DNA of 64,000 bases, taken from the NCBI GenBank assembly GCA_965261395.1, contig OZ253462.1, positions 96,001 through 160,000 of the forward strand, read 5' to 3'. Every line of letters begins with the position of its first letter. Position 1 is the stretch's first letter. The notes below the pieces were generated by a model. That model saw only the letters and a program-made list of their open reading frames with translations. It ran no database searches and had not been told where the DNA came from. Made by a program: the position numbers and the translations under genes. The stretch is from Candidatus Latescibacterota bacterium. Lineage in GTDB: Bacteria > Latescibacterota > UBA2968 > UBA8231. Of the stretch, positions 14,908 through 24,877 are shown one piece after another.

Positions 14908-14942
14908 CCCAAGCAAGGCCGGTGGCCTATAGTTTTAGCTAT

Positions 14943-15059
14943 TTACTTCTTTCGCGGTGACAGCTTGGCCTCCTGAGCACGTTGCTTCAAGCGCTTTTTG
15001 CGCCGCTGTCGCCGACTCCTCAATTCCTTGTCCCTCATTCTGCCTTTACTCGAACCCAT
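14943..15059 (-). CDS. 38-aa very basic small protein (below ORF-track cutoff)
   Basis: MGSSKGRMRDKELRSRRQRRKKRLKQRAQEAKLSPRKK*; AGGAAGG RBS, own promoter upstream, terminator downstream. Confidence 0.8.
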   Translation of the reverse strand: MGSSKGRMRDKELRSRRQRRKKRLKQRAQEAKLSPRKK

Positions 15060-15092
15060 CTGTGTATCCTTCCTAAAAAAGCGGTTGCCGGC

Positions 15093-15121
15093 AATATATC
15101 TGGCGACACCACTGAGGTCAA
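15093..15121 (-). promoter_or_regulatory. Sigma70-type promoter for the small basic ORF
   Basis: TTGACC-17 bp-TATATT; the -35 overlaps the pyrB TGA stop. Confidence 0.65.
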
Positions 15122-16041
15122 GCGAGAATCATCCGCAAAAGGGCCATGCGCACGTAAAGCCCGTTGTGGGCTTGGCGAAAATAGGCCGCCCGCGGATCCA
15201 CGTCCACTGCCGGATCAATCTCATCGACGCGCGGCAGCGGGTGCATGACAACTGCGTGTTTCTGCATACAGTCCATCACCGAGCGATCGACAATGTACTT
15301 GCCCCGCGCCTGCTCGTACTCTCCAGTGCGGTCGCCAAAGCGCTCCTTTTGGATGCGCGTCTGATAGACGACATCGGCCTGCCTCGCCACCTCATGCAGG
15401 TCGTCCACCTCCTCGAAAGGAACTTGATGCCGCTGCAAATACTCCTTTATGTCGTCCTTCATCCTCACTGTCTCAGGCGCGACGAAGTACATCTCAACAC
15501 CCTCGTATCTGGCCAACAGATAGCACAGTGAACGCACCGTCCGTCCATTGGCCAAATCCCCCACCAGAGCAATTTTAATTTTTTCGAGGCGTCCGATCTC
15601 GCGCTGGATAGTAAAGAGGTCCAGCAGCGCCTGGGTCGGGTGCTGCCCAGCCCCGTCGCCGGCGTTGATCACCGGGATGCCGGCGACAGCAGCAGCTCGG
15701 TTGCTAGCTCCGCTTTCGTAGTGGCGCAGCACAATCACGTCCGAGTACCCGGCGACAACGCGAATGGTGTCCTCGAGGGTCTCCCCCTTGGCCGCCGAAG
15801 AGAACTCTTGTGCGTTCTCGGTCGTAATGACTGCCCCTCCCAACCGCGTCATCGCCGATTCAAAGGACAGCCGCGTGCGCGTACTAGGCTCGTAGAACAG
15901 CGTTGCCATGACCCGGCGATTGAGGATATTGGATCCGTAGTGCTGAACTACTTGCTCCATCTCTTGAGCCGTGGAGAAAATGGCGTCTATCAAGTCTAGG
16001 TCGAATTGCTGAGCTTCGAGGACGTGATAAAGGCGATCCAT
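15118..16041 (-). CDS. pyrB: Aspartate carbamoyltransferase catalytic subunit
   Basis: FYEPSTRTRLSF, NAGDGAGQHPTQALLD, YQTRIQKER, MHPLPR. Confidence 0.97.
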   Translation of the reverse strand: MDRLYHVLEAQQFDLDLIDAIFSTAQEMEQVVQHYGSNILNRRVMATLFYEPSTRTRLSFESAMTRLGGAVITTENAQEFSSAAKGETLEDTIRVVAGYSDVIVLRHYESGASNRAAAVAGIPVINAGDGAGQHPTQALLDLFTIQREIGRLEKIKIALVGDLANGRTVRSLCYLLARYEGVEMYFVAPETVRMKDDIKEYLQRHQVPFEEVDDLHEVARQADVVYQTRIQKERFGDRTGEYEQARGKYIVDRSVMDCMQKHAVVMHPLPRVDEIDPAVDVDPRAAYFRQAHNGLYVRMALLRMILA

Positions 16042-16051
16042 CAGGTGTACC

Positions 16052-16489
16052 TCAACTGCCTTCCCGCTCCCCCAATACCGCCATAATCTCCGCCTCTGCG
16101 GCCACTTCCTCCCCTACTAGTGCTCGCCCCTGCAACTTACAAGACCCGCCCCGCTGCCTGAGCACCTTTAGCTCCAGCCGCAGTTGGTCCCCCGGCACAA
16201 CCGGGCGGAGAAATTTGCAGCGATCAATCCCGGCGAAAAAAGGCACCTTGGATTCGGGATTTTCCACGCCGTGCAGCATCATCGCGCAACCCGCTTGCGC
16301 CAGTGCCTCGATGATCAGCACTCCGGGCATGACTGGATAACCGGGAAAATGCCCCTGGAAAAACGCTTCGTTGGCCGTCACATTCTTCAAGGCCACGACG
16401 CGTTCCCCAGGCACCAATTCGAGGATGCGGTCGATGAGCAACAGCGGATAGCGATGTGGCAACAGCTCGAGAATCTCCGTTAGGTTCAC
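16052..16489 (-). CDS. fabZ: 3-hydroxyacyl-ACP dehydratase FabZ
   Basis: LPHRYPLLLIDR, KNVTANE, FQGHFPGYPVMPGVLIIEALAQ. Confidence 0.97.
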   Translation of the reverse strand: MNLTEILELLPHRYPLLLIDRILELVPGERVVALKNVTANEAFFQGHFPGYPVMPGVLIIEALAQAGCAMMLHGVENPESKVPFFAGIDRCKFLRPVVPGDQLRLELKVLRQRGGSCKLQGRALVGEEVAAEAEIMAVLGEREGS

Positions 16490-17022
16490 TCTTCTGCCTC
16501 TTCCTTCTCCTTCTCCATCAGCTCCAGCAGCGACTCGGTCAGATCGTACGCCTCCTTGGCGAACACTAGCCCGCTCGAAGGCGCAGCAGCGTCGAAAATG
16601 AAGTCGTAGGCCTCTTCCTCGGCCATGACCTGAATGGCATCGTTGATCTTTTTAAAGATCGGCTCGGACAACTCGATATTCTTGCGCATCAACTCGCCTT
16701 CGGGGCCGAATTTCCCTTGGGTAAATTGTCGGAGTTGCTGCACTTTGGTCTCAAACTCGGCCTGTAGTTCCGCCTTTTTCGCCTCGCTCAACAGCAACTC
16801 CTGCCGACGAAAATCCTCTTCCAGCTTAAGCAGCTTGGCCTCGCGGTCCTTGGCCTGGTTCTCGTAATCCTGGCGCAGCTGGTCCAACGTGCGCTGCGCA
16901 TCCAGGAATTCGGGCAGACGCTCTTTGAGCACTTCTGAATCGATATAACCTATTTTTAGCTGAGCCGAGGCACTCGTGGCGCAACAAGCCACGACGAGGG
17001 AGAACAATAGGGCACGTCTCAT
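16486..17022 (-). CDS. skp: OmpH/Skp periplasmic chaperone
   Basis: Signal peptide, QLKIGYIDSE, long coiled coil, YDFIFD...YDLT; bamA-skp-fabZ synteny. Confidence 0.93.
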   Translation of the reverse strand: MRRALLFSLVVACCATSASAQLKIGYIDSEVLKERLPEFLDAQRTLDQLRQDYENQAKDREAKLLKLEEDFRRQELLLSEAKKAELQAEFETKVQQLRQFTQGKFGPEGELMRKNIELSEPIFKKINDAIQVMAEEEAYDFIFDAAAPSSGLVFAKEAYDLTESLLELMEKEKEEAEE

Positions 17023-17033
17023 ATCTACTCCTC

Positions 17034-17057
17034 TTTATGGACGAATTTATGGACGAA
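17034..17057. repeat. Perfect 12-bp tandem direct repeat upstream of skp RBS
   Basis: TTTATGGACGAA-TTTATGGACGAA. Confidence 0.85.
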
Positions 17058-17145
17058 AATCAATGGGATTGAAGTTGCGTTTCTTTTTAATTCAACTGCG
17101 TTACTCTCGCTGTTAACGATGGAGCAGGAATTAGGTGTCAGACGA

Positions 17146-17427
17146 CTATTTGCGGTTGCGCCGCGACAAGGAGAGCCCGCCGAAACCGCTGATAACGGCA
17201 ATGTAAAACCCCGCATCGTACCACCAGCCGGTGTTTTGCGTTTCATAGAAGCGGATAGCCGAGTCAAACAGGCCCCAGATGAGCGATATGGGAGCAATCC
17301 AACCGTGCCAGATTCCCCAGAAAAACCCGGCGGGATTCACCTCGGTGTGTTTCCCGTCGCCAGGGACACACCCGGCAAGAGAAATCAGAACGATTAAGAC
17401 AAGTATGCAGATCAACTGTTTGGCCAT
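17146..17427 (-). CDS. Small membrane lipoprotein, unknown function
   Basis: Lipobox LAGC, then PAGFFWGIWHGWIAP...YETQNTGWWYDAGF. Confidence 0.75.
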   Translation of the reverse strand: MAKQLICILVLIVLISLAGCVPGDGKHTEVNPAGFFWGIWHGWIAPISLIWGLFDSAIRFYETQNTGWWYDAGFYIAVISGFGGLSLSRRNRK

Positions 17428-17535
17428 AGCAAATCTCTCGTCGACCCGTTCTTCTGTATAACCCGCTGTTTTCTCTTACCCCAAGTAGGTGTATAAGATA
17501 CTACTTGGCATAAATTTGTGAAACAGCGGACATAA

Positions 17536-17570
17536 GAAGGCCCAAGATGCCAGACGACATCTTGGGCTTC
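17536..17570. terminator. Hairpin/terminator after bamA
   Basis: GCCCAAGATG-N8-CATCTTGGGC 10-bp perfect stem with flanking pairing. Confidence 0.65.
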
Positions 17571-17594
17571 GTCTTTTGCCCCTGCGATCGGGAA

Positions 17595-20000
17595 CTAGTA
17601 AAACTGCGGTCCAAACTGGAAGTGAGTCTTCCAGCCAGCCGGCGCGCCATCGACATCCTTGCGGTCAAAACCATAGCCGAAGTCGAAGCCGATCATCCCC
17701 AGCATCGGCGTCTGGACGCGAAAACCAAAGCCCAGCGAGCGCCTGAGGTCTAAGGGATTGAGGTCGGGAATCGTCCTCCAAGCGTTGCCCGCATCTGCAA
17801 AGAGGATGCCGTACACTTGTTGCTCGGCTATCGGAAAGCGGTATTCTAGATTCAACACCATCATCGAGCGGCCGCCGAGAGGAATCCCGCTGGCCTCGTC
17901 CTTTGGGCCCAAAGAGTAATCCGGATAGCCCCGGACCTGTCCGTCCCAGTAATCAATACCGCCCGGAGTAAACAGGTCATAATACGAAATGTGGTTGTCG
18001 TCCCAGTCGGAAAAACCATCTATAACCGCGACTTTGGTCTCCAAACTCCAGACGAACTTCCACCAACTCGGCCGGTAGTAGTTGAAATTCACTTCGTGGT
18101 TGTGGAAGTCCACATCGCCAGCCACGATCGAAGTCGCGACCGATGGCGTGTAGCTAAAGAGCGTCCCCTTGGTCGGAAACTCGGCCCGGTCGCGCGTATC
18201 GCGGGTATAGATCAACTCAAAGCGGCTCGTAAGCCGATCTTGGTATCTGGGATCGCTTGCCAATGGAGCGTTACCGTCTGCAAAGTCAGAATAGCCTTGG
18301 CTATAAAGGCGATAACCCAACGAAAGGCTGGAATTGGCCGGTTTCTTCAACCGCCGGCCCACGCGCACATTGATCGACTTGCGATTGGATTTCCAGAGGA
18401 TCGAATTGCTATTGTTTAGCCGATAGTCGGCTCGCCGGTAGTCGTAGTACTGGATGTTTTGCGTATAAGCGCGCGCCGACAAACTAGTTGGGGTGTCGAA
18501 GAGCCAAGGCTCGGTAAAACCCACTAGGAATTGCTCGCGTCGGGTGCCAAACTCCCAGTTAAAGTCTAGACTCTGGCCCATCCCGCGGAAGTTGGGAATC
18601 TGCAATCCGAGCTGGCCCACCATTTTGTCGCGGTCTGAATACCCCGCCCCCATAGACGCTTGCCCGGTCGGCCGCTCATCGACGTTAAATACCATATCCA
18701 CCAGCCGCTCGCCTTCGCCTGTGCTATACTGAGGCTGGATTTGCACATCCTTGAAGAAGTTCAACAGAACTATGCGCCGCTGACTTTCTTGGACGAGATT
18801 CTGCTGATAAATATCGCCCGGACGCAATTCGATCTCGCGCCGGATCACCTTCTCCCGCGTCTTGGTATTGCCGGCGATCTCGATCTTGCGAATAGTCCAC
18901 GGCTGCCCTTCAAACACCTGAAACGACACGTCAATTGAGTCGTTGCGAATTGTCTCTTGCGGCACCACTCGGGTGTCCAAGTAGCCCTTCTCGTAATAGA
19001 CAAAGCGCGCCAAATCGGCTAGCTCTGGCCCCGAGCGCGCATATACCATCCCCTCCTGCAACTCCAGCTTCCCCACCAACTCGTCGGTGCCGAAGAGCTC
19101 GTTGCCCTCCCAAGCGACTTGGCCCAACCGGTACTGTAGCCCCTCGTCGATTTCCACGTTGATGAACAAGTGCCGCCGCGTCGAGTCGTAATAGACGCTG
19201 TCGCGCACTATGGCTGCCTGCTGAAAGCCCAGGCTGCGATAGTACGCCAGCAGCTTCTGCTTGTCCTCCTCGTACGTATCGCCGTTGAACTCGCCCTTGC
19301 GCCACCAGCGCTTCTCCTCGGTCTCCATCAACGACACCAACCGGCGCGGCTCCGGGCCTTGGCCGTCCCACTTTTGCGGACGCCGAGGGCTGCGCGCTGG
19401 CAGCTTGCGGCCGTCGATTACCGTGCCGTCGGCGCGGTGCTGGACCAAGCGGATCTGCTTGATCTGCACCTTGGATCCCTCCTTGATGTCGTATTGGAGG
19501 AATACCTCTCCCTCTTCCGCGCCGGCAAAGGTCTGGCCCTTGACCTCGGCGCGTAGATAGCCCTTCTCGCGATAGAGGTCGAGGATTTTCTGTTCGCCCC
19601 GCACCACATCCCTCGGCGCGATAACCTGACCGGTGACCAAGCTCAGCGCCTCCTTGAACTCCTTCTCTTTGAGATTTTTATGCCCCTTGAACTGCAAACC
19701 CTCTAAGGACGGATATTCTTCAACCATGATGATCAGGTTGATTCCCTCGGAGACGGGATCGCCCCATATCTGGATATCCTCAAAGACGTTGAGCCCCTGG
19801 AGATCGCGCACCGCCTGCTGCACGTTCTCTTGCGACAGCTCAACTCCAGGCTCCAAGCCTACCGTAGTCAGTATCAGCGACTTGGCCACCTTGCGCAGCT
19901 CACCCTGAACCTCGATCGAGACAACCTCCTGAGCCTCGACCGCGCTCCCCATCAACCCCACAGAGACTACTGCAAAAAGTATAGTGCGGAAATTTTTCAT
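17595..20000 (-). CDS. bamA: Outer membrane protein assembly factor BamA
   Basis: Signal peptide, POTRA repeats (GNTKTREKVIRRE), NFRGMGQ, FTEPWLFD, VRGY, C-terminal FQFGPQFY. Confidence 0.96.
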   Translation of the reverse strand: MKNFRTILFAVVSVGLMGSAVEAQEVVSIEVQGELRKVAKSLILTTVGLEPGVELSQENVQQAVRDLQGLNVFEDIQIWGDPVSEGINLIIMVEEYPSLEGLQFKGHKNLKEKEFKEALSLVTGQVIAPRDVVRGEQKILDLYREKGYLRAEVKGQTFAGAEEGEVFLQYDIKEGSKVQIKQIRLVQHRADGTVIDGRKLPARSPRRPQKWDGQGPEPRRLVSLMETEEKRWWRKGEFNGDTYEEDKQKLLAYYRSLGFQQAAIVRDSVYYDSTRRHLFINVEIDEGLQYRLGQVAWEGNELFGTDELVGKLELQEGMVYARSGPELADLARFVYYEKGYLDTRVVPQETIRNDSIDVSFQVFEGQPWTIRKIEIAGNTKTREKVIRREIELRPGDIYQQNLVQESQRRIVLLNFFKDVQIQPQYSTGEGERLVDMVFNVDERPTGQASMGAGYSDRDKMVGQLGLQIPNFRGMGQSLDFNWEFGTRREQFLVGFTEPWLFDTPTSLSARAYTQNIQYYDYRRADYRLNNSNSILWKSNRKSINVRVGRRLKKPANSSLSLGYRLYSQGYSDFADGNAPLASDPRYQDRLTSRFELIYTRDTRDRAEFPTKGTLFSYTPSVATSIVAGDVDFHNHEVNFNYYRPSWWKFVWSLETKVAVIDGFSDWDDNHISYYDLFTPGGIDYWDGQVRGYPDYSLGPKDEASGIPLGGRSMMVLNLEYRFPIAEQQVYGILFADAGNAWRTIPDLNPLDLRRSLGFGFRVQTPMLGMIGFDFGYGFDRKDVDGAPAGWKTHFQFGPQFY

Positions 20001-20001
20001 A

Positions 20002-22470
20002 TTAGTTCGTGGTCGCGCGCTTCTTCTTCACCTCTGCGCCCGCATCCTCTCGACGCTCCTCGTCGAAAACTAGTTCCTCGCCCTTTTTGGTGATGCGAAT
20101 GCGACTGCCCTCGCCAAAGCGGCCCTGGAGAATCTCCTCAGCCAGCGGATCTTCGATCATTTTTTGGATGGTCCGCTCCAAATAGCGCGCGCCATACGCC
20201 TGATCAAAACCCTTGTCGGCGAGCAAAGTTTTGGCCCCAGGCGTAACGCGCAATTGAATGTCCTGCGGTGCCAAACGCGCTTTGAATTCCTCCAAGCGAA
20301 TATCTATGATGGCGGCGATGTGCTCTTTGTCGAGGGCGTGGAAAATGATGGTGTTGTCAACGCGATTGAGAAATTCGGGGTTGAAGGTCTTTTTTAAGGC
20401 GTCGTTGATCTTGCCCTCCATCTGCGCGTACATCGAGTCGGAATCAGACTTCTGAAAGCCCAATACACCGCCCGTGCCCACCTCCCGACTACCTGCGTTA
20501 GAAGTCATAATCAGCACGGTGTTGCAGAAATCTACTTTGCGGCCCGTGCTATCGGTGAGCCGCCCCTCGTCGAGGATTTGCAACAGGATGTTGAAGACAT
20601 CGGGATGGGCCTTCTCGACTTCGTCTAACAGAACTACTGAATAGGGGCGGCGGCGGACCCGCTCGGTAAGTTGCCCCCCCTCGTCAAAACCCACGTAGCC
20701 CGGAGGTGCGCCAATCAGGCGCGACACCGCGAATTTCTCCATGTACTCAGACATATCGACCGAAATCAACGCCTCGGCGTCGTCGAAGAGGAATTCGGCC
20801 AGCCGCTTGGCTAACTCGGTCTTGCCCACGCCCGTCGGGCCGAGAAAGATAAACGAGCCGATGGGCCGCTTGGGATCCTGCAGGCCCGCGCGACTGCGGC
20901 GAATGGCCCGCGCAATCGCCGCGACCGCCTGTTGCTGACCAACGATGTTCTTGGTAAGCGCCTCTTCCATGGCCAGCAGGCGCTCGGTCTCGGTCTTGGC
21001 CAGCCGCGCAATCGGGATGCCAGTCATACTGGCGATGACCTCGGCGATGTCGTCTGTCGTCACTTCGACCACTTCGTCGCGGACCGCTTCCTCCCACGCT
21101 TGGCGTTTGTTTTGTAGCTGTTCATTCAACTGGAGCGCCTTGTCGCGCAGCACGGCCGCGTTCTCGAAATCCTGGTGCTCGGACGCCTCGTTCTTTTTGC
21201 GGTTGATCTCCTGTATCTCGGCCTCGATCCGGCCGATTTCTTCCGGCGGGCTGAGCCGAGCCAAATGTACGCGCGAGCCCGTCTCGTCAATCACATCAAT
21301 GGCCTTGTCGGGCAAGTAGCGGTCGCTTATGTAGCGGTCGGCTTGGCGCACCGCATAGGCGACGACATCGTCGGCAAACTCCACGTGATGATGGCTCTCG
21401 TAGCCGGAGCGCAGCCCCTTGACGATCTCAATAGTGTCCTCGAGCGAGGGTGGATCGACCATGATGCTCTGAAAACGCCGCTCGAGGGCCCCGTCCTTCT
21501 CGATGTGCTTGCGGTATTCGTCGAGGGTGGTGGCCCCGATGCACTGCAATTCGCCGCGAGCCAAAGCGGGCTTGAACATATTGGAAGCGTCCAGCGTACC
21601 CTCGGCACTGCCAGCGCCGACAATGGTGTGCAGCTCGTCGATAAAAATGATGACTTCGGAGTTTTGCTGGAGCTCGTTCATCACCGCCTTGATGCGCTCT
21701 TCAAACTGGCCTCGGTATTTGGTGCCAGCGACTACTCCGCCCATATCGAGGGTGACCAAGCGCTTGTCGAGGAGGATCTGCGGCACGCGCTTTTCAATGA
21801 TGCGCTGGGCTAGCCCTTCGACAATGGCCGTCTTGCCGACGCCCGGATCGCCGATTAGGATGGGATTGTTCTTCTTGCGGCGGCTGAGCACTTGCGTGAC
21901 GCGCTCAATCTCCTTTTGGCGGCCGATCACCGGGTCTAGCTTCCCCTCGCGCGCCAACTGGGTCAGATCGCGACCAAAGTGGTCGAGAAAGGGTGTCTTG
22001 CTCTTCTTGCCCTTTTCCTTGCGACCAGTAGTCTTGCCTTCGAGTACGGCCAAGGTCTCTTCCATGGCCGCTTTGTAATCGACTCCAAAGGCGGCCAAAA
22101 TCTGCGCAGCAACCCCTTCCTTGTCCTTGAGCAGAGCTAGGAGCAGGTGTTCGACGTCGATGAACTGTGTCTTCATCTCCTTGGCCTCGTTGGCCGCTAC
22201 CTCGAGGATCTGTTTAGCACGGGGGGTATAGGGCACCTCGCCGATGGTCATGGTGCCACCCGAGGTGGTCACGTAGTCTTCCACCGACTGTTTGACCGTC
22301 TCCAAACTCAACCCCAAGTTCGTCAGCACGGCCACGGCCTTGCCCTTGCCGTCCTTGATAATGCCCAACAGCAAATGCTCGGTGCCGATGTAGTTATGGC
22401 CTAAGCGCGCCGACTCCTCGCGCGCCAGCTTCATTACCTGTTTTACGTTTTCAGTGAACATGTTATTCAT
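20002..22470 (-). CDS. clpC: ATP-dependent Clp protease ATP-binding subunit ClpC
   Basis: ClpN repeats, two AAA+ modules ([16 protein letters not shown]), UVR middle domain, LGF ClpP-docking loop; downstream of mcsA-mcsB. Confidence 0.95.
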   Translation of the reverse strand: MNNMFTENVKQVMKLAREESARLGHNYIGTEHLLLGIIKDGKGKAVAVLTNLGLSLETVKQSVEDYVTTSGGTMTIGEVPYTPRAKQILEVAANEAKEMKTQFIDVEHLLLALLKDKEGVAAQILAAFGVDYKAAMEETLAVLEGKTTGRKEKGKKSKTPFLDHFGRDLTQLAREGKLDPVIGRQKEIERVTQVLSRRKKNNPILIGDPGVGKTAIVEGLAQRIIEKRVPQILLDKRLVTLDMGGVVAGTKYRGQFEERIKAVMNELQQNSEVIIFIDELHTIVGAGSAEGTLDASNMFKPALARGELQCIGATTLDEYRKHIEKDGALERRFQSIMVDPPSLEDTIEIVKGLRSGYESHHHVEFADDVVAYAVRQADRYISDRYLPDKAIDVIDETGSRVHLARLSPPEEIGRIEAEIQEINRKKNEASEHQDFENAAVLRDKALQLNEQLQNKRQAWEEAVRDEVVEVTTDDIAEVIASMTGIPIARLAKTETERLLAMEEALTKNIVGQQQAVAAIARAIRRSRAGLQDPKRPIGSFIFLGPTGVGKTELAKRLAEFLFDDAEALISVDMSEYMEKFAVSRLIGAPPGYVGFDEGGQLTERVRRRPYSVVLLDEVEKAHPDVFNILLQILDEGRLTDSTGRKVDFCNTVLIMTSNAGSREVGTGGVLGFQKSDSDSMYAQMEGKINDALKKTFNPEFLNRVDNTIIFHALDKEHIAAIIDIRLEEFKARLAPQDIQLRVTPGAKTLLADKGFDQAYGARYLERTIQKMIEDPLAEEILQGRFGEGSRIRITKKGEELVFDEERREDAGAEVKKKRATTN

Positions 22471-22585
22471 CTAGTTGTCCTCCACAATCAGCCTATGTAA
22501 GTAAGGAAGCTTGATTCTCGACTATTCGGAGAGCATGAATTGAATATCGAGCATCACAAAATTTGCTGGATAACTCTTGATTTTG

Positions 22586-22614
22586 AACCTACCAAAAGGG
22601 CAGATTGTTGTCAA
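22586..22614 (-). promoter_or_regulatory. Putative internal promoter for clpC
   Basis: TTGACA-17 bp-TAGGTT with extended -10 TG; the -35 overlaps the mcsB TGA stop. Confidence 0.55.
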
Positions 22615-23675
22615 GATGACCCCTCCTGTTCGGCCCAGTACCGCCTCACCAGTTCGGCGCGGCGCACATCGCGATCTGCCGGCGAGAGATCCGCTTGGGC
22701 TTCGGCCTGCAAATGCGAGGGCTGGGTAACGATCATTAGCTTGTTGATAAAGCCGAAGGGCAAGCCGCCGATCAGCCCCAAACTACACCCTAAGCGCACC
22801 GCCGATAGCAAGTTCATAAACTCCTGACCGCTCAACACCCGCGCGTGTTGCAAAATTCCATACGCCCGCCAAACCTTGTCCTCCACTTGAGCAGGAGCGC
22901 CTGCCAGCAGGGCCGCCTGCGCCTCTTTTTCGTGGCTCATAATCTGTTGGGTCACCTCCGAGAGCTTCTCGACGATCTCCCCTTCAGCCACGCCCATGGT
23001 GGCTTGATTGGATATCTGAAACAGATTGCCCACCGCATTGGTGCCTTCTCCGTAGAAACCGCGCACCGCGAAAGCCATCCGGGCCAAACCGCGCATCACC
23101 CGCTCCATATCCTCGGTCAGGACTAAGGCCGGCAGATGGATGAGCACCGATATCCGCAAGCCCGTCCCCGTATTGGTCGGGCAGGCCGTCAAGAAGCCCC
23201 AGCGCTCCGATTGCGCCCACTCCAATTCGCTCCTGAGTTCGTCGTCGAGCGCATCAACCCGCTGCCACGCCGCGTGTGTTTGCAAACCGGGGAGGATGGC
23301 CTGCAAGCGGAGGTGATCCTCCTCGTTGATCATCACGCTGAGCGACTCGTCTGCATTGAAGAGCACGCCGCGCTGGCCCTTGCTTTTGGCGAGAGCTGGG
23401 CTAATCAGGTGGCGCTCCACCAGCAATTGGCGCTGATTGGCCTGTAGGGCGTTCATTTTAAAAAAGGCCGCATCGCGCATAGGGAGGCACTTTGGGGCAG
23501 CAATCAGGACCTGTTCAATGATTTTCTCTTGGTCTTTGAGCGCGGTCTTCGGCGCAAAAGGCCACGCCGCAAGGTTGCGGGCTAAGCGGGCACGGCAGCT
23601 AACGACCATGCCGTCGGCATCCCCTTCCCCGCTGAGCCAGCTAGCCGCATTGTAAACGAGGTCCTCAATATTCAC
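22611..23675 (-). CDS. mcsB: Protein-arginine kinase McsB
   Basis: RARLARNL, LVERHLIS, MINEEDHLRLQ, GFLTACPTNTGTGLR, RGFYGEGT, QISNQ, RDVRRA. Confidence 0.95.
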   Translation of the reverse strand: MNIEDLVYNAASWLSGEGDADGMVVSCRARLARNLAAWPFAPKTALKDQEKIIEQVLIAAPKCLPMRDAAFFKMNALQANQRQLLVERHLISPALAKSKGQRGVLFNADESLSVMINEEDHLRLQAILPGLQTHAAWQRVDALDDELRSELEWAQSERWGFLTACPTNTGTGLRISVLIHLPALVLTEDMERVMRGLARMAFAVRGFYGEGTNAVGNLFQISNQATMGVAEGEIVEKLSEVTQQIMSHEKEAQAALLAGAPAQVEDKVWRAYGILQHARVLSGQEFMNLLSAVRLGCSLGLIGGLPFGFINKLMIVTQPSHLQAEAQADLSPADRDVRRAELVRRYWAEQEGSS

Positions 23676-23677
23676 GG

Positions 23678-24187
23678 CTATTTTCCTTCGAGGACGCGGA
23701 TGTGGTCCCTGAGCTGAGCTGCCTCTTCAAACGCCTCTTCCGCTACCGCTTGGGCCAGCTTTTCACGCAATCGCTCCAGTTCGTCGGTCGCTTGGGCGCT
23801 TTGTGCCGCTTCCATCGGCCCCTTGCCTCGGTGCCTGTTGTCGCCGTGGATGCGCTTGAGCAGACGCTCTAGCTGTGGGGCAAAGGCATCGTAACAATGC
23901 GGGCAGCCAAGGCGGCCAATCTTTTTGAACTCCTCGTAGCTCATCTCGCAGGTTGGACAGCGTGCTCCCCCGTCGCCTTCAGCCCCGGCCAGCTTGGCCA
24001 GCTCTATCTTAATTTCCTTCACCAACACGGGCGCGTCTTCGGCCTGTGCAGCCGGAGCTATCCGCACCTTGATGTTTTTTTCGCTAGCGCACTGGTGGCA
24101 GAGCAAGAGCGTCTGTTTTACGTCATCAACGATATGAGTAAAGGCCACCACGGCCTCGCGCTTGGCGCACACTCCGCATTTTTTCAT
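23678..24187 (-). CDS. mcsA: McsA (UVR-domain Zn-binding activator of McsB)
   Basis: CxxC motifs, GRLGCPHCY, IHG..H.GK, EAFEEAAQLRD UVR motif. Confidence 0.93.
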   Translation of the reverse strand: MKKCGVCAKREAVVAFTHIVDDVKQTLLLCHQCASEKNIKVRIAPAAQAEDAPVLVKEIKIELAKLAGAEGDGGARCPTCEMSYEEFKKIGRLGCPHCYDAFAPQLERLLKRIHGDNRHRGKGPMEAAQSAQATDELERLREKLAQAVAEEAFEEAAQLRDHIRVLEGK

Positions 24188-24876
24188 GTCGTGCCGTCTT
24201 CCATATGCAACACGCCCGCTTCTATGCGTCCCTGGCGATCCATGCTCTGGGCCAATTGGCGGTCGTGGGTCATCACCACAAAAGCTTGCCCACGCTCCCG
24301 GGCCAATCCGGCCAGCAGTTCGTGCAGAGCCGCGCTCGCCGCCTCATCGAGATTGCCCGACGGCTCGTCGGCCAGCACGACCAAGGGCTGGGTGACCAGC
24401 GCTCGCACCACGGCCACCCGCTGACACTCGCCGCCCGACAGCGTCCCAGGCCGGTGGTGCAAGCGGTCGGCTAGCCCGACGGAATCCATCAGCTCAAGAG
24501 CCTCCTTGCGGCGATCGACGCCAGCAACTCGCGCTGGCAACAAGACGTTTTCCAGCGCAGTAAATTCCGGCAACAGGTAGTGAAATTGGAATACGAAGCC
24601 AATGTGCCGATTGCGAAAGCGCGATAGGGCCTGATCTTCGAGGTTGAGCACGTCGATGCCGGCGATCCGCAATTGGCCGGCCGTCGGCAGGTCGAGCGTA
24701 CCCAACAGGTGCAGCAAGGTGCTTTTGCCAACTCCGGACTCGCCCATGACCGCGACCAACTCGCCCGCCCGCACTGCTAAGTCCACGCCTTTGAGCACTT
24801 CCAAACCCGCGCTGCCCGTGTCGAACACCTTGCGCAACCCGCGCGCTTCGAGGACGATGTCGGCTTGTTTCACCAT
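24184..24876 (-). CDS. lolD: Lipoprotein-releasing ABC ATPase LolD
   Basis: GESGVGKSTLLHLLGTLD, IGFVFQFHYLLPEFTALENV, ADEPSGNLD; follows lolC/E. Confidence 0.9.
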   Translation of the reverse strand: MVKQADIVLEARGLRKVFDTGSAGLEVLKGVDLAVRAGELVAVMGESGVGKSTLLHLLGTLDLPTAGQLRIAGIDVLNLEDQALSRFRNRHIGFVFQFHYLLPEFTALENVLLPARVAGVDRRKEALELMDSVGLADRLHHRPGTLSGGECQRVAVVRALVTQPLVVLADEPSGNLDEAASAALHELLAGLARERGQAFVVMTHDRQLAQSMDRQGRIEAGVLHMEDGTT

Positions 24877-24877
24877 A

